Source: Eledone cirrhosa (Eukaryota). Taken from it: a stretch of 64,000 bases of DNA. The notes under the pieces were generated by a model. The model was not told where the DNA came from. It did not search any database and was given only the letters and a program-made list of their open reading frames with translations. Shown here in pieces: positions 12,417 through 27,556 of the stretch. Both the position numbers and the translations under genes were made by a program. The stretch covers positions 255,998,001-256,062,000 of the forward strand of contig OZ024741.1 in assembly GCA_964016885.1 (NCBI GenBank), written 5' to 3'. How positions within the stretch are numbered: position 1 is the stretch's first letter; each line of letters starts with the position of its first letter.

Positions 12417-15400
12417 TGACATACGAGTGTTTCGATACGAGTGTTTCGACTTATGAGTGTTTCGACTTACGAGTGTTCTGACTTACGAGTGTTCTGACTT
12501 ACGAGTGTTCTGATTTACGGATGTTTCGACACACGAGTGTTTCGATACGAGTGTTTCGACTTACGAGTGTTTCGACTTATGAGTGTTTCGACTTACGAGT
12601 GTTCTGACTTACGAGTGTTCTGACTTACGAGTGTTCCGACTTACGAGTGTTTCGGTTTACGAGTGTTTCGACATACGAGTATTTTGACTTACGGGTGTTT
12701 CGACTTACGGGTGTTTCGACTTACGAGTGTTTTGGCTTACGAGTGTTTCGACTTACTAATGTTTTTACTTACGAGTGTTTCGGTGTACGAATGTTTTGAC
12801 TTAAGGATGTTTCGACTTACGAGTGTTTCGACTTACGAGTGTTTCGGCTTACGTGAGTTTCGACTTAAGATTGTTCTGATTTACGAGTGTTCTGACTTAC
12901 GAGTGTTTCGGCTTATGAGTGTTTCGACTTACGAGTGTTTCGGCTTACGAGTGTTTCGACTTATGGGTGTTTCGACTTACGAGTGTTTTTACTTACGGTG
13001 TTTCGGCTTACGAGTGTTTCGACATACGAGTGTTTTGACTTACGGGTGTTTCGGCTTACGAGTGTTTCGACTTACGAGTGTTTTGACTTACGGGTGTTTC
13101 GACTTACGAGTATTTTTGGCTTACGAGTGTTTCGACTTACGAGTGTTTTGACTTACGAGTGTTCTGATTTACGGATGTTTCGACATACGAGTGTTTCGAC
13201 TTACGAGTGTTTCGACTTATGAGTGTTTCGACTTACGAGTGTTTCGGCTTACGAGTGTTTCGACTTACGAGTGTTTTGACTTACGGTGTTTCGGCTTACG
13301 AGTGTTTCGACTTACGAGTGTTTTGACTTACGGGTGTTTTGACATACGAGTGTTTCGATACGAGTGTTCTGACTTACGAGTGTTCTGACTTACGAGTGTT
13401 TTGACTTACGAGTGTTCTGACTTACGAGTGTTCCGACTTACGAATGTTCCGACTTACGAGTGTTTCGGCTTACGAGTGTTTCCGGCTTACGAGTGTTTCG
13501 ACTTCCGAGTGTTTTGACTTACGGTGTTTCGGCTTACGAGTGATTCGACTTACGAGTGTTTTGACTTACGGGTGATTTGACTTACGGGTGTTGTGAATTA
13601 CGAGTGTTCCGATTTACGAGTGTTTTGACTTACGGTGTTTCGGCTTACGAGTGATTCGACTTACGAATGTTTTGACTTACGGGTGTTTCGGCTTGCGAGT
13701 GTTTCGACTTACGAGTGTTTCGGCTTATGGGTGTTTCGACTTACTAATGTTTTTACTTACGAGTGTTTCGGCGTACGAGTGTTTTGACTTACGAGTGTTT
13801 CGACTTACGAGTCTTTCGACTTAAGAGTGTTTCGGCTTACGTGAGTTTCGACTTAAGAGTGTTCTGATTTACGAGTGTTCTGACTTGCGGGTGTTCTGAT
13901 TTACGAGTGTTCCGACTTACGAGTGTTTCGGCTTATTAGTGTTTCGACTTACGAGTGTTTCGGCTTACGAGTGTTTCGACTTATGGGTGTTTCGACTTAC
14001 GAGTGTTTTTACTTACGGTGTTTCGGCTTACGAGTGTTTCGACATACGAGTGTTTTGACTTACGGGTGTTTCGACTTACGAGTGTTTTGACTTACGAATG
14101 TTTTGACTTACGGGTGTTTCGGCTTACGAGTGTTTCGACTTACGAGTGTTTCGGCTTACGAGTGTTTCGACTTACTAATGTTCTTACTTACGAGTGTTTC
14201 AGTGTTTCGGCTTACGTGTGTTTCGGCTTACGAGTGTTTCGACTTATGAGTGTTTCGGCTTACGAGTGTTTCGACTTACGAGTGTTTCGGCTTACGAGTG
14301 TTTCAGTGTTTCGGCTTACGTGTGTTTCGACTTACGAGTGTTTCGACTTACGACTGTTTCGGCTTAGGAGTGTTTCGGCTTACGAGTGTTTCGACTTACG
14401 AGTGTTTTGACTTACGAATGTTTTGACTTACGGGTGTTTCGGCTTACGAGTGTTTCGACTTACGAGTCTTTCGGCTTACGAGTGTTTCGACTTACTAATG
14501 TTTTTACTTACGAGTGTTTCGGCGTATGAGTGTTTCGACTTACGAGTGTTTCGACTTACGGGTGTTTTGACTTACGGGTGTTTCGACTTACGAGTGTTTT
14601 GACTTACGAGTGTTCTGATTTACGGATGTTTCGACATACGAGTGTTTCGACTTACGAGTGTTTCGACTTACTAATGTTCTTACTTACGAGTGTTTCGGCG
14701 TACGAGAGTTTTGACTTACGAGTGTTTCGACTTACGAGTGTTTCGACTTACGAGTGTTTTGACTTACGAATGTTTTGACTTACGGGTGTTTCGGCTTACG
14801 AGTGTTTCGACTTACGAGTCTTTCGGCTTACGAGTGTTTCGACTTACTAATGTTTTTACTTACGAGTGTTTCGGCGTACGAGTGTTTCGACTTACGAGTG
14901 TTTCGACTTACGGGTGTTTTGACTTACGGGTGTTTCGGCTTACGAGTGTTTTGACTTACGAGTGTTTTGACTTAAGGTTGTTTCGACTTACGAGTATTTT
15001 TGGCTTACGACTGTTTCGACTTACGAGTGTTTTGACTTACGAGTGTTCTGATTTACGGATGTTTCGACATACGAGTGTTTCGACATACGAGTGTTTCGAC
15101 TTATGAGTGTTTCGACTTACGAGTGTTTCGGCTTATGAGTGTTTCGACTTACGAGTGCTTCGGCTTACGAGTGTTTCGACTTACGAGTATTTCGGCTTAC
15201 GAGTGTTTCGACGTACGAATGTTTTGGCTTACGAGTGTTTCGGCTTATGAGTGTTTCGGCTTACGAGTGTTTCGACTTACGAGTGTTTCGGCTTACGAGT
15301 GTTTCAGTGTTTCGGCTTACGTGTGTTTCGACTTGCGAGTGTTTCGGCTTACGAGTGTTTTGACTTACGAGTGTTTTGACTTACGATTGTTTGGCTTACG

Positions 15401-15753
15401 AGTGTTCTGACTTACGGGTGTTCTGACTTTCGAATGTTCCGACTTTCGAGTGTTTCGGCTTATGAGGGTTTCGACTTACGAGTGTTTCGGCTTACGAGTG
15501 TTTCGACTTACGAGTGTTTCGACTTACGAGTGTTTTGACTTACGGTGTTTCGGCTTACGAGTGTTTCGACATACGAGTGTTTTGACGTACGGGTGTTTCG
15601 ACTTACGGGTCTTTCGACTTAAGAGTGTTTCGACTTACGAGCGCTTCGACTTACGAGTGTTTCGACTTACGAGTGTTCTGACTTACGAGTGTTCCGACTT
15701 TACGAGTGTTTCGGCTCACGAGTGTTTCGGCTTACGAGTGTTTCGACTTACGA

Positions 15754-15830
15754 AAATAACAAATAGACGCGGTTTCAAATCTCTATGCTTTTCAAATTCA
15801 TTACATTAATCTATATTTATACGTTTCGCT
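15754..15830 (+). repeat. 77-bp interruption, copy 3 (private TCTATATTT)
   Basis: Same 77-mer with one substitution. Confidence 0.95.
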
Positions 15831-18537
15831 TTACGAGTGTTTCGACTTACGAGTGTTTCGACATACGAGTGTTTCGGCTTACGAGTGTTTTGATTTACGA
15901 GTGTTTTGACTTACGGGTGCTTCGACTTACGCGTGTTTCGACTTACGAGTGTTTCGACTTACGAGTGTTTCGACTTACGAGTGTTTCGGCTTACGAGTGT
16001 TTTGACTTACGAATGTTTTGACTTACGATTGTTTCGGCTTACGAGTGTTTCGACTTACGAGTGTTCTGACTACGAGTGTTCTGACTTACGGGTGTTCTGA
16101 CTTACGAGTGTTCCGACTTACGAGTGTTTCGGCTTATGAGTGTTTCGACTTACGAGTGCTTCGACTTACGAGTGTTTCGGCTTACGGGTGTTTCGACTTA
16201 CGAATGTTTTTGCTTACGAGTGTTTCGGCTTACGAGTGTTTCGGCTTATGAGTGTTTCGACTTACGAGTGTTTTGACTTACGGGTGTTTTGACATACGAG
16301 TGTTTCGATACGATTGTTCTGACTTACGAGTGTTTCCGCTTACGAGTGTTTCGGCTTACGAGTGTTTCGACTTACTAATGTTTTTACTTACGAGTGTTTC
16401 GGTGTACGAGTGTTTCGACTTAAGGATGTTTCGACTTACGAGTGTTTCGACTTACGCGTGTTTCGACTTACGAGTGTTTCGACTTACGAGTGTTTTGGCT
16501 TACGAATGTTTTGACTTACGGGTGTTTCGACTTACGAGTGTTTCGGCTTATGAGTGTTTCGACTTACGGGCGTTTCGACTTACGGGTGTTTCGACTTACG
16601 AGTGTTTTGGCTTACGAATGTTTTGACTTACGGGTGTTTCGACTTACGAGTGTTTCGACTTATGAGTGTTTGGACTTACGAGTGTTTCGGCTTATGAGTG
16701 TTTCGACTTACGAGTGCTTCGGCTTACGAGTGTTTCGACTGACGAGTATTTCGGCTTACGAGTGTTTCGACGTACGAATGTTTTGGCTTACGAGTGTTTC
16801 GGCTTATGAGTGTTTCGGCTTACGAGTGTTTCGACTTACGAGGGTTTCGGCTTACGAGTGTTTCAGTGTTTCGGCTTACGTGTGTTTCGACTTACGAGTG
16901 TTTCGACTTACGACTGTTTCGGCTTACGAGTGTTTCGGCTTACGAATGTTTTGAATTACGATTGTTTGGCTTACGAGTGTTCTGACTTACGGGTGTTCTG
17001 ACTTACGAGGGTTCCGACTTACGAGTGTTTCGGCTTATGAGGGTTTCGACTTACGAGTGCTTCGGCTTACGAGTGTTTCGACTTACGAGTGTTTCGGCTT
17101 ACGAGTGTTTCGACTTACGAGTGTTTTGACTTACGGTGTTTCGGCTTACGAGTGTTTCGACATACGAGTGTTTTGACGTACGGGTGTTTCGACTTACGGG
17201 TCTTTCGACTTAAGAGTGTTTCGACTTACGAGCGCTTCGACTTACGAGTGTTTCGACTTACGAGTGTTTCGGCGTATGAGTGTTTTGACTTACGAGTGTT
17301 TCGACTTACGAGTGTTTCGACTTACGAGTGTTTCGAATTACGAGTGTTTCGACTTACGAGTGTTTTGACTAACGAGTGTTTTGACTTACGGTGTTTCTGC
17401 TTACGAGTGTTTCGACTTACGAGTGTTATGACTTACGGGTGTTTTGACATACGAGTGTTTCGACTTACGAGTGGTTTGACTTACGGGTGTTTTGACTTAC
17501 GGGTGTTGTGAATTACGAGTGTTCCGTTTTACGAGTGTTTTGACTTACGGTGTTTCGGCTTACGAGTGATTCGACTTACGAATGTTTTGACTTACGGGTG
17601 TTTCGGCTTGCGAGTGTTTCGACTTACGAGTGTTTCGGCTTATGAGTGTTTCGACTTACTAATGTTTTTACTTACGAGTGTTCTGACTTACGAGTGTTCC
17701 GACTTACGAGTGTTCCGACTTACGAGTGTTTCGGCTTACGAGTGTTTCCGGCTTACGAGTGTTTCGACTTACGAGTGTTTCGACTTACGAGTGTTTTGAC
17801 TTACGGTGTTTCGACTTACGAGTGTTTCGGCGTACGAGTGTTTTGACTTACGAGTGTTTCGAATTACGAGTGTTTTGACTTACGAATGTTTTGACATACG
17901 GGTGTTTCGGCTTACGAGTGTTTCGACTTACGAGTGTTTCGGCTTGCGAGTGTTTCAACTTACTAATGTTTTTACTTACGAGTTTTTCGGCGTACGAGTG
18001 TTTCGACTTACGAGTGTTTCGACTTACGGGTGTTTTGACTTAAGGGTGTTTCGACTTACAAGTGTTTCGACTTACGAGTGTTTCGACTTACGAGTGTTTT
18101 GACTTACGGGTGTTTTGACATACGAGGTTTTCGATACGAGTGTTTCGACTTACGAGTGTTCTGACTTACGAGTGTTCTGACTTACGAGTGTTCTGACTTA
18201 CGAGTGTTCTGATTTACGAGTGTTCCGACTTACGAGTGTTTCGGCTTACGAGTGTTTCGGCTTACGAGTGTTTCGACTTACGAGTGTTTCGACTTACGAG
18301 TGTTCCGACTTACGGGTGTTTCGACTTACGAGTGGTTTGGCTTACGGTGTTTCGGCTTACGAGTGTTTCGAGTTACGAGTGTTTTGACTTACGCGTGTTT
18401 TGACATACGAGTGTTTCGATACGAGTGTTCTGACTTACGAGTGTTCTGACTTACGAGTGTTCTGACTTACGAGTGTTCCGACTTTACGAGTGTTTCGGCT
18501 CACGAGTGTTTCGGCTTACGAGTGTTTCGACTTACGA

Positions 18538-18614
18538 AAATAACAAATAGACGCGGTTTCAAATCTCTATGAATTTAAAATTCATTACATTAATCTTTAT
18601 TTATACGTTTCGCT
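18538..18614 (+). repeat. 77-bp interruption, copy 4 (palindromic subtype ATGAATTT-A-AAATTCAT)
   Basis: Same 77-mer with ATGAATTTAAAATTCAT at 18569-18585. Confidence 0.95.
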
Positions 18615-20977
18615 TTACGAGTGTTTCGACTTACGAGTGTTTCGACATACGAGTTATTCGACTTCCGAATGTTTTTGCTTACGGGTGTTTCGACTTACGA
18701 ATGTTTCGGCTTACGAGTGTTTCGGCTTACGTCTGTTCCGACTTAGGAGTGTTTCGGCTTACGGGTATTTCCGGCTTACGAGAGTTTCGACTTACGAGTG
18801 TTTCGACTTTAGAGTGTTTTGACTTACGGTGTTTCGGCTTACGAGTGATTCGACTTACGAGTGTTTTGACTTACGGGTGTTTTGACTTACGGGTGTTGTG
18901 AATTACCAGTGTTCCGATTTACGAGTGTTTTGACTTACGGTGTTACGGTTTGCGAGTGTTTCGACTTACGAGTGTTTCGGCTTATGAGTGTTTCGACTTA
19001 CTAATGTTTTTACTTACGAGTGTTTCGGCGTACGAGTGTTTTGACATACGAGTGTTTCGATACGAGTGTTCTGACTTACGAGTGTTCTGACTTACGTGTG
19101 TTTTGACTTACGAGTGTTCTGACTTACGAGTGTTCCGACTTACGAGTGTTCCGACTTAAGAGTGTTTCGGCTTACGAGTGTTTCCGGCTTACGAGTGTTT
19201 CGACTTACGAGTGTTTTGACTTACGGGTGTTGTGATTTACGGGTGTTGTGAATTACGAGTGTTCCGATTTACGAGTGTTTCGGCTTATGAGTGTTTCGAC
19301 TTACGAGTGTTTCGGCTTACGAGTGTTTCGACTTATGGGTGTTTCGACTTACGAGTGTTTTTACTTACGGTGTTTCGGCTTACGAGTGTTTCGACATACG
19401 AGTGTTCAGACTTACGAGTGTTCCGACTTACGAGCGTTCCGACTTACGAGTGTTTTGACTTACGGGTGTTGTGAATTACGGGTGTTGTGAATTACGAGTG
19501 TTTCGGCGTATGAGTGTTTTGACTTACGAGTGTTTCGACTTACGAGTGTTTCGACTTACGAGTGTTTCGAATTACGAGTGTTTCGACTTACGAGTGTTTT
19601 GAATTACGAGTGTTTTGACTTCGGTGTTTCTGCTTACGAGTGTTTCGACTTACGAGTGTTATGACTTACGGGTGTTTTCACATACGAGTGTTTCGACTTA
19701 CGAGTGTTTTGACTTACGGGTGTTTTGACATACGAGTGTTTCGATACGAGTGTTCTGACTTACGAGTGTTCTGACTTACGAGTGTTCTGACTTACGAGTG
19801 TTTCGACATACGAGTGTTTTGACTTACGGGTGTTTCGACTTACGAGTGTTTTCACTTACGAATGTTTTGGCTTACGGGTGTTTCGGCTTACGAGTGTTTC
19901 GACTTACGAGTGTTTCGGCTTACGAGTGTTTCGATTTACTAATATTTTTACTTACGAGTGTTTCGGCGTACGAGAGTTTTGACTTACGAGTGTTTCGACT
20001 TACGAGTGTTTCGACTTACGAGTATTTTGACTTACGAATGTTTTGACTTACGGGTGTTTCGGCTTACGAGTATTTCGACTTACGAGTCTTTCGGCTTACG
20101 AGTGTTTCGACTTACTAATGTTTTTACTTACGAGTGTTTCGACTTCCGAGTGTTTCGACTTACGGGTGTTTTGACTTACGGGTGTATCGGCTTACGAGTG
20201 TTTTGACTTACGAGTGTTTTGACTTAAGGGTGTTTCGACTTACGAGTATTTTTGGCTTACGAGTGTTTCGACTTACGAGTGTTTTGACTTACGAGTCTTC
20301 TGATTTACGGATGTTTCGACATACGAGTGTTTCGACTTACGAGTGTTTCGACTTATGAGTGTTTCGACTTACGAGTGTTTCGACTTACGAGTGTTTCGGC
20401 TTGTGATTGTTTCGACTTACGAGTGTTTTGACTTACGGTGTTTCAGCTTACGAGTGTTTCGACTTACGAGTGTTTTGACTTACGGGTGTTTTGACATACG
20501 AGTGTTTCGATACGAGTGTTCTGACTTACGAGTGTTCTGACTTACGAGTGTTTTGACTTACGAGTGTTCTGACTTACGAGTGTTCCGACTTACGAGTGTT
20601 CCGACTTACGAGTGTTTCGGCTTACGAGTGTTTTGACTTAAGGGTGTTTCGACTTACGAGTGTTTCGATACGAGTGTTTCGACTTACGAGTGTTTCGGCT
20701 TACGAGTGTTTCGACTTACGAGTGTTTCGACTTACGAGTGTTCCGACTTACGGGTGTTTCGACTTACGAGTGTTTTGGCTTACGGTGTTTCGACTTACGA
20801 GTGTTTCGAGTTAAGAGTGTTTTGACTTACGAGTGTTCTGATTTACGAGTGTTCTGACTTACGAGTGTTCTGACTTACGAGTGTTCTGACTTACGAGTGT
20901 TCTGACTTACGAGTGTTCCGACTTTACGAGTGTTTCGGCTCACGAGTGTTTCGGCTTACGAGTGTTTCGACTTACGA

Positions 20978-21054
20978 AAATAACAAATAGACGCGGTTTC
21001 AAATCTCTATGCTTTTCAAATTCATTACATTAATCTTTATTTATACGTTTCGCT
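20978..21054 (+). repeat. 77-bp interruption, copy 5
   Basis: Majority-type 77-mer. Confidence 0.95.
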
Positions 21055-21745
21055 TTACGAGTGTTTCGACTTACGAATGTTTTTGCTTACGAGTGTTTCG
21101 GTTTACGAGTGTTCCGACTTACGAGTGTTCCGACTTACGAGTGTTTCGGCTTACGAGTGTTTCCGGCTTACGAGTGTTTCAACTTACGAGTGTTCTGACT
21201 TACGAGTGTTCTGATTTACGGATGTTTCGACACACGAGTGTTTCGAATTACGAGTGTTTCGACTTACGAGTGTTTTGACTTACGGGTGTTTTGACATACG
21301 AGTGTTTCGATACGAGTGTTTCGACTTACGAGTGTTCTGACTTACGAGTGTTCTGACTTACGAGTGTTCTGACTTACGAGTGTTCTTACTTACGAGTGTT
21401 CCGACTTACGAGTGTTCCGACTTACGAGTGTTTCGGCATACGAGTGTTTCGGCTTACGAGTGTTTCGACTTACGAATGTTTAGACTTACGAGTGTTCCGA
21501 CTTACGGGTGTTTCGACTTACGAGTGTTTTGGCTTACGGTGTTTCGGCTTACGAGTGTTTCGAGTTACGAGTGTTTTGACTTACACGTGTTTTGACATAC
21601 GAGTGTTTCGATACGAGTGTTCTGACTTACGAGTGTTCTGACTTACGAGTGTTCTGACTTACGAGTGTTCTGACTTACGAGTGTTCCGACTTTACGAGTG
21701 TTTCGGCTCACGAGTGTTTCGGCTTACGAGTGTTTCGACTTACGA

Positions 21746-21822
21746 AAATAACAAATAGACGCGGTTTCAAATCTCTATGCTTTTCAAATTCATTACATTA
21801 ATCTTTATTTATACGTTTCGCT
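21746..21822 (+). repeat. 77-bp interruption, copy 6
   Basis: Majority-type 77-mer. Confidence 0.95.
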
Positions 21823-23494
21823 TTACGAGTGTTTCGACTTACGAGTGTTTCGACATACGAGTGTTTCGGCTTACGAGTGTTTTGATTTACGAGTGTTTTG
21901 ACTTACGGGTGCTTCGACTTACGCGTGTTTCGACTTACGAGTGTTTCGACTTACGAGTGTTTCGACTTACGAGTGTTTCGGCTTACGAGTGTTTTGACTT
22001 ACGAATGTTTTGACTTACGAGTGTTTCGGCTTACGAGTGTTTCGACTTACGAGTGTTCTGACTACGAGTGTTCTGACTTACGGGTGTTCTGACTTACGAG
22101 TGTTCCGACTTACGAGTGTTTCGGCTTATGAGTGTTTCGACTTACGAGTGCTTCGACTTACGAGTGTTTCGGCTTACGGGTGTTTCGACTTACGAATGTT
22201 TTTGCTTACGAGTGTTTCGGCTTACGAGTGTTTCGGCTTATGAGTGTTTCGACTTACGAGTGTTTTGACTTACGGGTGATTTGACATACGAGTGTTTCGA
22301 TACGATTGTTCTGACTTACGAGTGTTTTCGCTTACGAGTGTTTCGGCTTACGAGTGTTTCGACTTACTAATGTTTTTGCTTACGAGTGTTTCGGTGTACG
22401 AGTGTTTCGACTTAAGGATGTTTCGACTTACGAGTGTTTCGACTTACGAGTGTTTCGACTTACGAGTGTTTCGACTTACGAGTGTTTTGGCTTACGAATG
22501 TTTTGATTTACGGGTGTTTCGACTTACGAGTGTTTCGGCTTATGAGTGTTTCGACTTACGGGCGTTTCGACTTACGGGTGTTTCGACTTACGAGTGTTTT
22601 GGCTTACGAATGTTTTGACTTACGGGTGTTTCGACTTACGAGTGTTTCGACTTATGAGTGTTTCGACTTACGAGTGTTTCGGCTTATGAGTGTTTCGACT
22701 TACGAGTGCTTCGGCTTACGAGTGTTTCGACTTACGAGTATTTCGGCTTACGAGTGTTTCGACGTACGAATGTTTTGGCTTACGAGTGTTTCGGCTTATG
22801 AGTGTTTCGGCTTACGAGTGTTTCGACTTACGAGTGTTTCGGCTAACGAGTGTTTCAGTGTTTCGGCTTACGTGTGTTTCGACTTACGAGTGTTTCGACT
22901 TACGACTGTTTCGACTTACGAGTGTTTCGGCTTACGAGTGTTTCGGCTTACGAGTGTTTTGACTTACGATTGTTTGGCTTACGAGTGTTCTGACTTACGG
23001 GTGTTCTGACTTACGAGTGTTCCGACTTACGAGTGTTTTGGCTTATGAGGGTTTCGACTTACGAGTGCTTCGGCTTACGAGTGTTTCGACTTACGAGTGT
23101 TTCGGCTTGCGAGTGTTTCGACTTACGAGTGTTTCGACTTACGAGTGTTTCGACTTACGAGTGTTTCGAATTACGAGTGTTTCGACTTACGAGTGTTTTG
23201 ACTTACGAGTGTTTTGACTTACGGTGTTTCTGCTTACGAGTGTTTCGACTTACGAGTGTTATGACTTACGGGTGTTTTGACATACGAGTGTTTCGACTTA
23301 CGAGTGTTTTGACTTACGGGTGTTTTGACATACGAGTGTTTCGATACGAGTGTTCTGACTTACGAGTGTTCTGACTTACGAGTGTTCTGACTTTCGAGTG
23401 TTCTGACTTACGAGTGTTCTGACTTACGAGTGTTCCGACTTTACGAGTGTTTCGGTTCACGAGTGTTTCGGCTTACGAGTGTTTCGACTTACGA

Positions 23495-23571
23495 AAATAA
23501 CATATAGACGCGGTTTCAAATCTCTTTGCTTTTCAAATTCATTACATTAATCTTTATTTATACGTTTCGCT
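23495..23571 (+). repeat. 77-bp interruption, copy 7 (AACATAT / CTCTTTG subtype)
   Basis: Two substitutions shared with copy 9. Confidence 0.95.
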
Positions 23572-26500
23572 TTACGAGTGTTTCGACTTACGAGTGTTTC
23601 GACATACGAGTGTTTCGGCTTACGAGTGTTTTGATTTACGAGTGTTTTGACTTACGGGTGCTTCGACTTACGCGTGTTTCGACTTACGAGTGTTTCGACT
23701 TACGAGTGTTTCGACTTACGAGTGTTTCGGCTTACGAGTGTTTTGACTTACGAATGTTTTGACTTACGATTGTTTCGGCTTACGAGTGTTTCGACTTACG
23801 AGTGTTCTGACTACGAGTGTTCTGACTTACGGGTGTTCTGACTTACGAGTGTTCCGACTTACGAGTGTTTCGACTTACGAGTGTTTCGGCTTACGGGTGT
23901 TTCGACTTATGAGTGTTTCGACTTACGAGTGTTTTGACTTACGGGTGTTTTGACATACGAGTGTTTCGATACGATTGTTCTGACTTACGAGTGTTTCCGC
24001 TTACGAGTGTTTCGGCTTACGAGTGTTTCGACTTACTAATGTTTTTACTTACGAGTGTTTCGGTGTACGAGTGTTTCGACTTAAGGATGTTTCAACTTAC
24101 GAGTGTTTCGACTTACGAGTGTTTCGACTTACGAGTGTTTCGACTTACGAGTGTTTTGGCTTACGAATGTTTTGACTTACGGGTGTTTCGACTTACGAGT
24201 GTTTCGGCTTATGAGTGTTTCGACTTACGGGCGTTTCGACTTACGGGTGTTTCGATTTAAGAGTGTTTTGGCTTACGAATGTTTTGACTTACGGGTGTTT
24301 CGACTTCCGAGTGTTTCGACTTATGAGTGTTTCGACTTACGAGTGTTTCGGCTTATGAGTGTTTCGACTTACGAGTGCTTCGGCTTACGAGTGTTTCGAC
24401 TTACGAGTATTTCGGCTTACGAGTTTTTCGACGTACGAATGTTTTGGCTTACGAGTGTTTCGGCTTATGAGTGTTTCGGCTTACGAGTGTTTCGACTTAC
24501 GAGTGTTTCGGCTTACGTGTGTTTCGACTTACGAGTGTTTCGACTTACGACTGTTTCGGCTTACGAGTGTTTCGGCTTACGAGTGTTTCGGCTTACGAGT
24601 GTTCTGACTTACGGGTATTCTGACTTACGAGTGTTCCGACTTACGAGTGTTTCGGCTTATGAGGGTTTCGACTTACGAGTGCTTCGGCTTACGAGTGTTT
24701 CGACTTACGAGTGTTTCGACTTACGAGTGTTTCGACTTACGAGTGTTTCGACTTACGAGTGTTTTGACTTACGGTGTTTCGGCTTACGAGTGTTTCGACA
24801 TACGAGTGTTTTGACGTACGGGTGTTTCGACTTACGGGTCTTTCGACTTAAGAGTGTTTCGACTTACGAGCGCTTCGACTTACGAGTGTTTCGGCGTATG
24901 AGTGTTTTGACTTACGAGTGTTTCGACTTACGAGTGTTTCGACTTACGAGAGTTTCGAATTACGAGTGTTTCGACTTACGAGTGTTTTGACTTACGAGTG
25001 TTTTGACTTACGGTGTTTCTGCTTACGAGTGTTTCGACTTACGAGTGTTATGACTTACGGGTGATTTGACATACGAGTGTTTCGACTTACGAGTGTTTTG
25101 ACTTACGGGTGTTTTGACATACAAGTGTTTCGATACGAGTGTTCTGACTTACGAGTGTTCTGACTTACGAGTGTTCTGACTTACGAGTGTTTCGACATAC
25201 GAGTGTTTTGACTTACGGGTTTTTCGACTTACGAGTGTTTTGACTTACGAATGTTTTGACTTACGGGTGTTTCGGCTTACGAGTGTTTCGACTTACGAGT
25301 GTTTCGGCTTACGAGTGTTTCGACTTATTAATGTTTTTACTTACGAGTGTTTCGGCGTACGAGAGTTTTGACTTACGAGTGTTTCGACTTACGAGTGTTT
25401 TGAATTACGAGTGTTTTGACTTAAGGGTGTTTCGACTTACGAGTATTTTTGGCTTACGAGTGTTTCGACTTACGAGTGTTTTGACTTACGAGTTTTCTGA
25501 TTTACGGATGTTTCGACATACGAGTGTTTCGACTTACGAGTGTTTCGACTTATGAGTGTTTCGACTTACGAGTGTTTCGACTTACGAGTGTTTCGGCTTA
25601 TGATTGTTTCGACTTACGAGTGTTTTGACTTACGGTGTTTCAGCTTACGAGTGTTTCGACTTACGAGTGTTTTGACTTACGGGTGTTTTGACATACGAGT
25701 GTTTCGATACGAGTGTTCTGACTTACGAGTGTTCTGACTTACGAGTGTTCCGACTTACGAGTGTTCCGACTTACGAGTGTTTCGGCTTACGAGTGTTTCC
25801 GGCTTACGAGTGTTTCGACTTACGAGTGTTTTGACTTTCGGTGTTTCGGCTTACGAGTGTTTCGACTTACGAGTGTTTTGACTTACGGGTGTTTTGACTT
25901 ACGGGTGTTGTGAATTACGAGTGTTCCGATTTACGAGTGTTTTGACTTACGGTGTTTCGGCTTACGAGTGATTCGACTTACGAATGTTTTGACTTACGGG
26001 TGTTTCGGCTTGCGAGTGTTTCGACTTACGAGTGTTTCGGCTTATGAGTGTTTCGACTTACTAATGTTTTTACTTACGAGTGTTCTGACTTACGACTGTT
26101 CCGACTTACGAGTGTTCCGACTTACGAGTGTTTCCGGCTTACGAGTGTTTCGACTTACGAGTGTTTCGACTTACGAGTGTTTTGACTTACGGTGTTTCGA
26201 CTTACGAGTGATTCGACTTACGAGTGTTTTGACTTACGGGTGTTTTGACTTACGGGTGTTGTGAATTACGAGTGTTCCGATTTACGAGTGTTTTGACTTA
26301 CGGTGTTTCGGCTTACGAGTGATTCGACTTACGAATGTTTTGACTTACGGGTGTTTCGGCTTGCTAGTGTTTCGACTTACGAGTGTTTCGGCTTATGAGT
26401 GTTTCGACTTACTACTGTTTTTACTTACGAGTGTTTCGGCGTACGAGTGTTTTGACTTACGAGTGTTTCGAATTACGAGTGTTTTGACTTACGAATGTTT

Positions 26501-27479
26501 TGACATACGGGTGTTTCGGCTTACGAGTGTTTCGACTTACGAGTGTTTCGGCTTGCGAGTGTTTCGACTTACTAATGTTTTTACTTACGAGTTTTTCGGC
26601 GTACGAGTGTTTCGACTTACGAGTGTTTCGACTTACGGGTGTTTTGACTTAAGGGTGTTTCGACTTACAAGTGTTTCGACTTACGAGTGTTTCGACTTAC
26701 GAGTGTTCTGACTTACGAGTGTTCTGATTTACGGATGTTTCGACATACGAGTGTTTCGACTTACGAATGTTTCGACTTACGAGTGTTTTGACTTACGGGT
26801 GTTTTGACATACGAGTATTTCGATACGAGTGTTTCGACTTACGAGTGTTCTGACTTACGAGTGTTCTGACTTACGAGTGTTCTGACTTACGAGTGTTCTG
26901 ATTTACGAGTGTTCCGACTTACGAGTGTTTCGGCTTACGAGTGTTTCGGCTTACGAGTGTTTCGACTTACGAGTGTTTCGACTTACGAGTGTTCCGACTT
27001 ACGGGTGTTTCGACTTACGAGTGGTTTGGCTTACGGTGTTTCGATACGAGTGTTTCGACTTACGAGTGTTCTGACTTACGAGTGTTCTGACTTACGAGTG
27101 TTCTGACTTACGAGTGTTCTTACTTACGAGTGTTCCGACTTACGAGTGTTCCGACTTACGAGTGTTTCGGCATACGAGTGTTTCGGCTTACGAGTGTTTC
27201 GACTTACGAATGTTTAGACTTACGAGTGTTCCGACTTACGGGTGTTTCGACTTACGAGTGTTTTGGCTTACGGTGTTTCGGCTTACGAGTGTTTCGAGTT
27301 ACGAGTGTTTTGACTTACACGTGTTTTGACATACGAGTGTTTCGATACGAGTGTTCTGACTTACGAGTGTTCTGACTTACGAGTGTTCTGACTTACGAGT
27401 GTTCTGACTTACGAGTGTTCCGACTTTACGAGTGTTTCGGCTCACGAGTGTTTCGGCTTACGAGTGTTTCGACTTACGA

Positions 27480-27556
27480 AAATAACAAATAGACGCGGTT
27501 TCAAATCTCTATGCTTTTCAAATTCATTACATTAATTTTTATTTATACGTTTCGCT
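27480..27556 (+). repeat. 77-bp interruption, copy 8 (private ATTAATTTTT)
   Basis: Counterpart of copy 6 in the 5,734-bp duplication, with one C>T difference. Confidence 0.95.
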
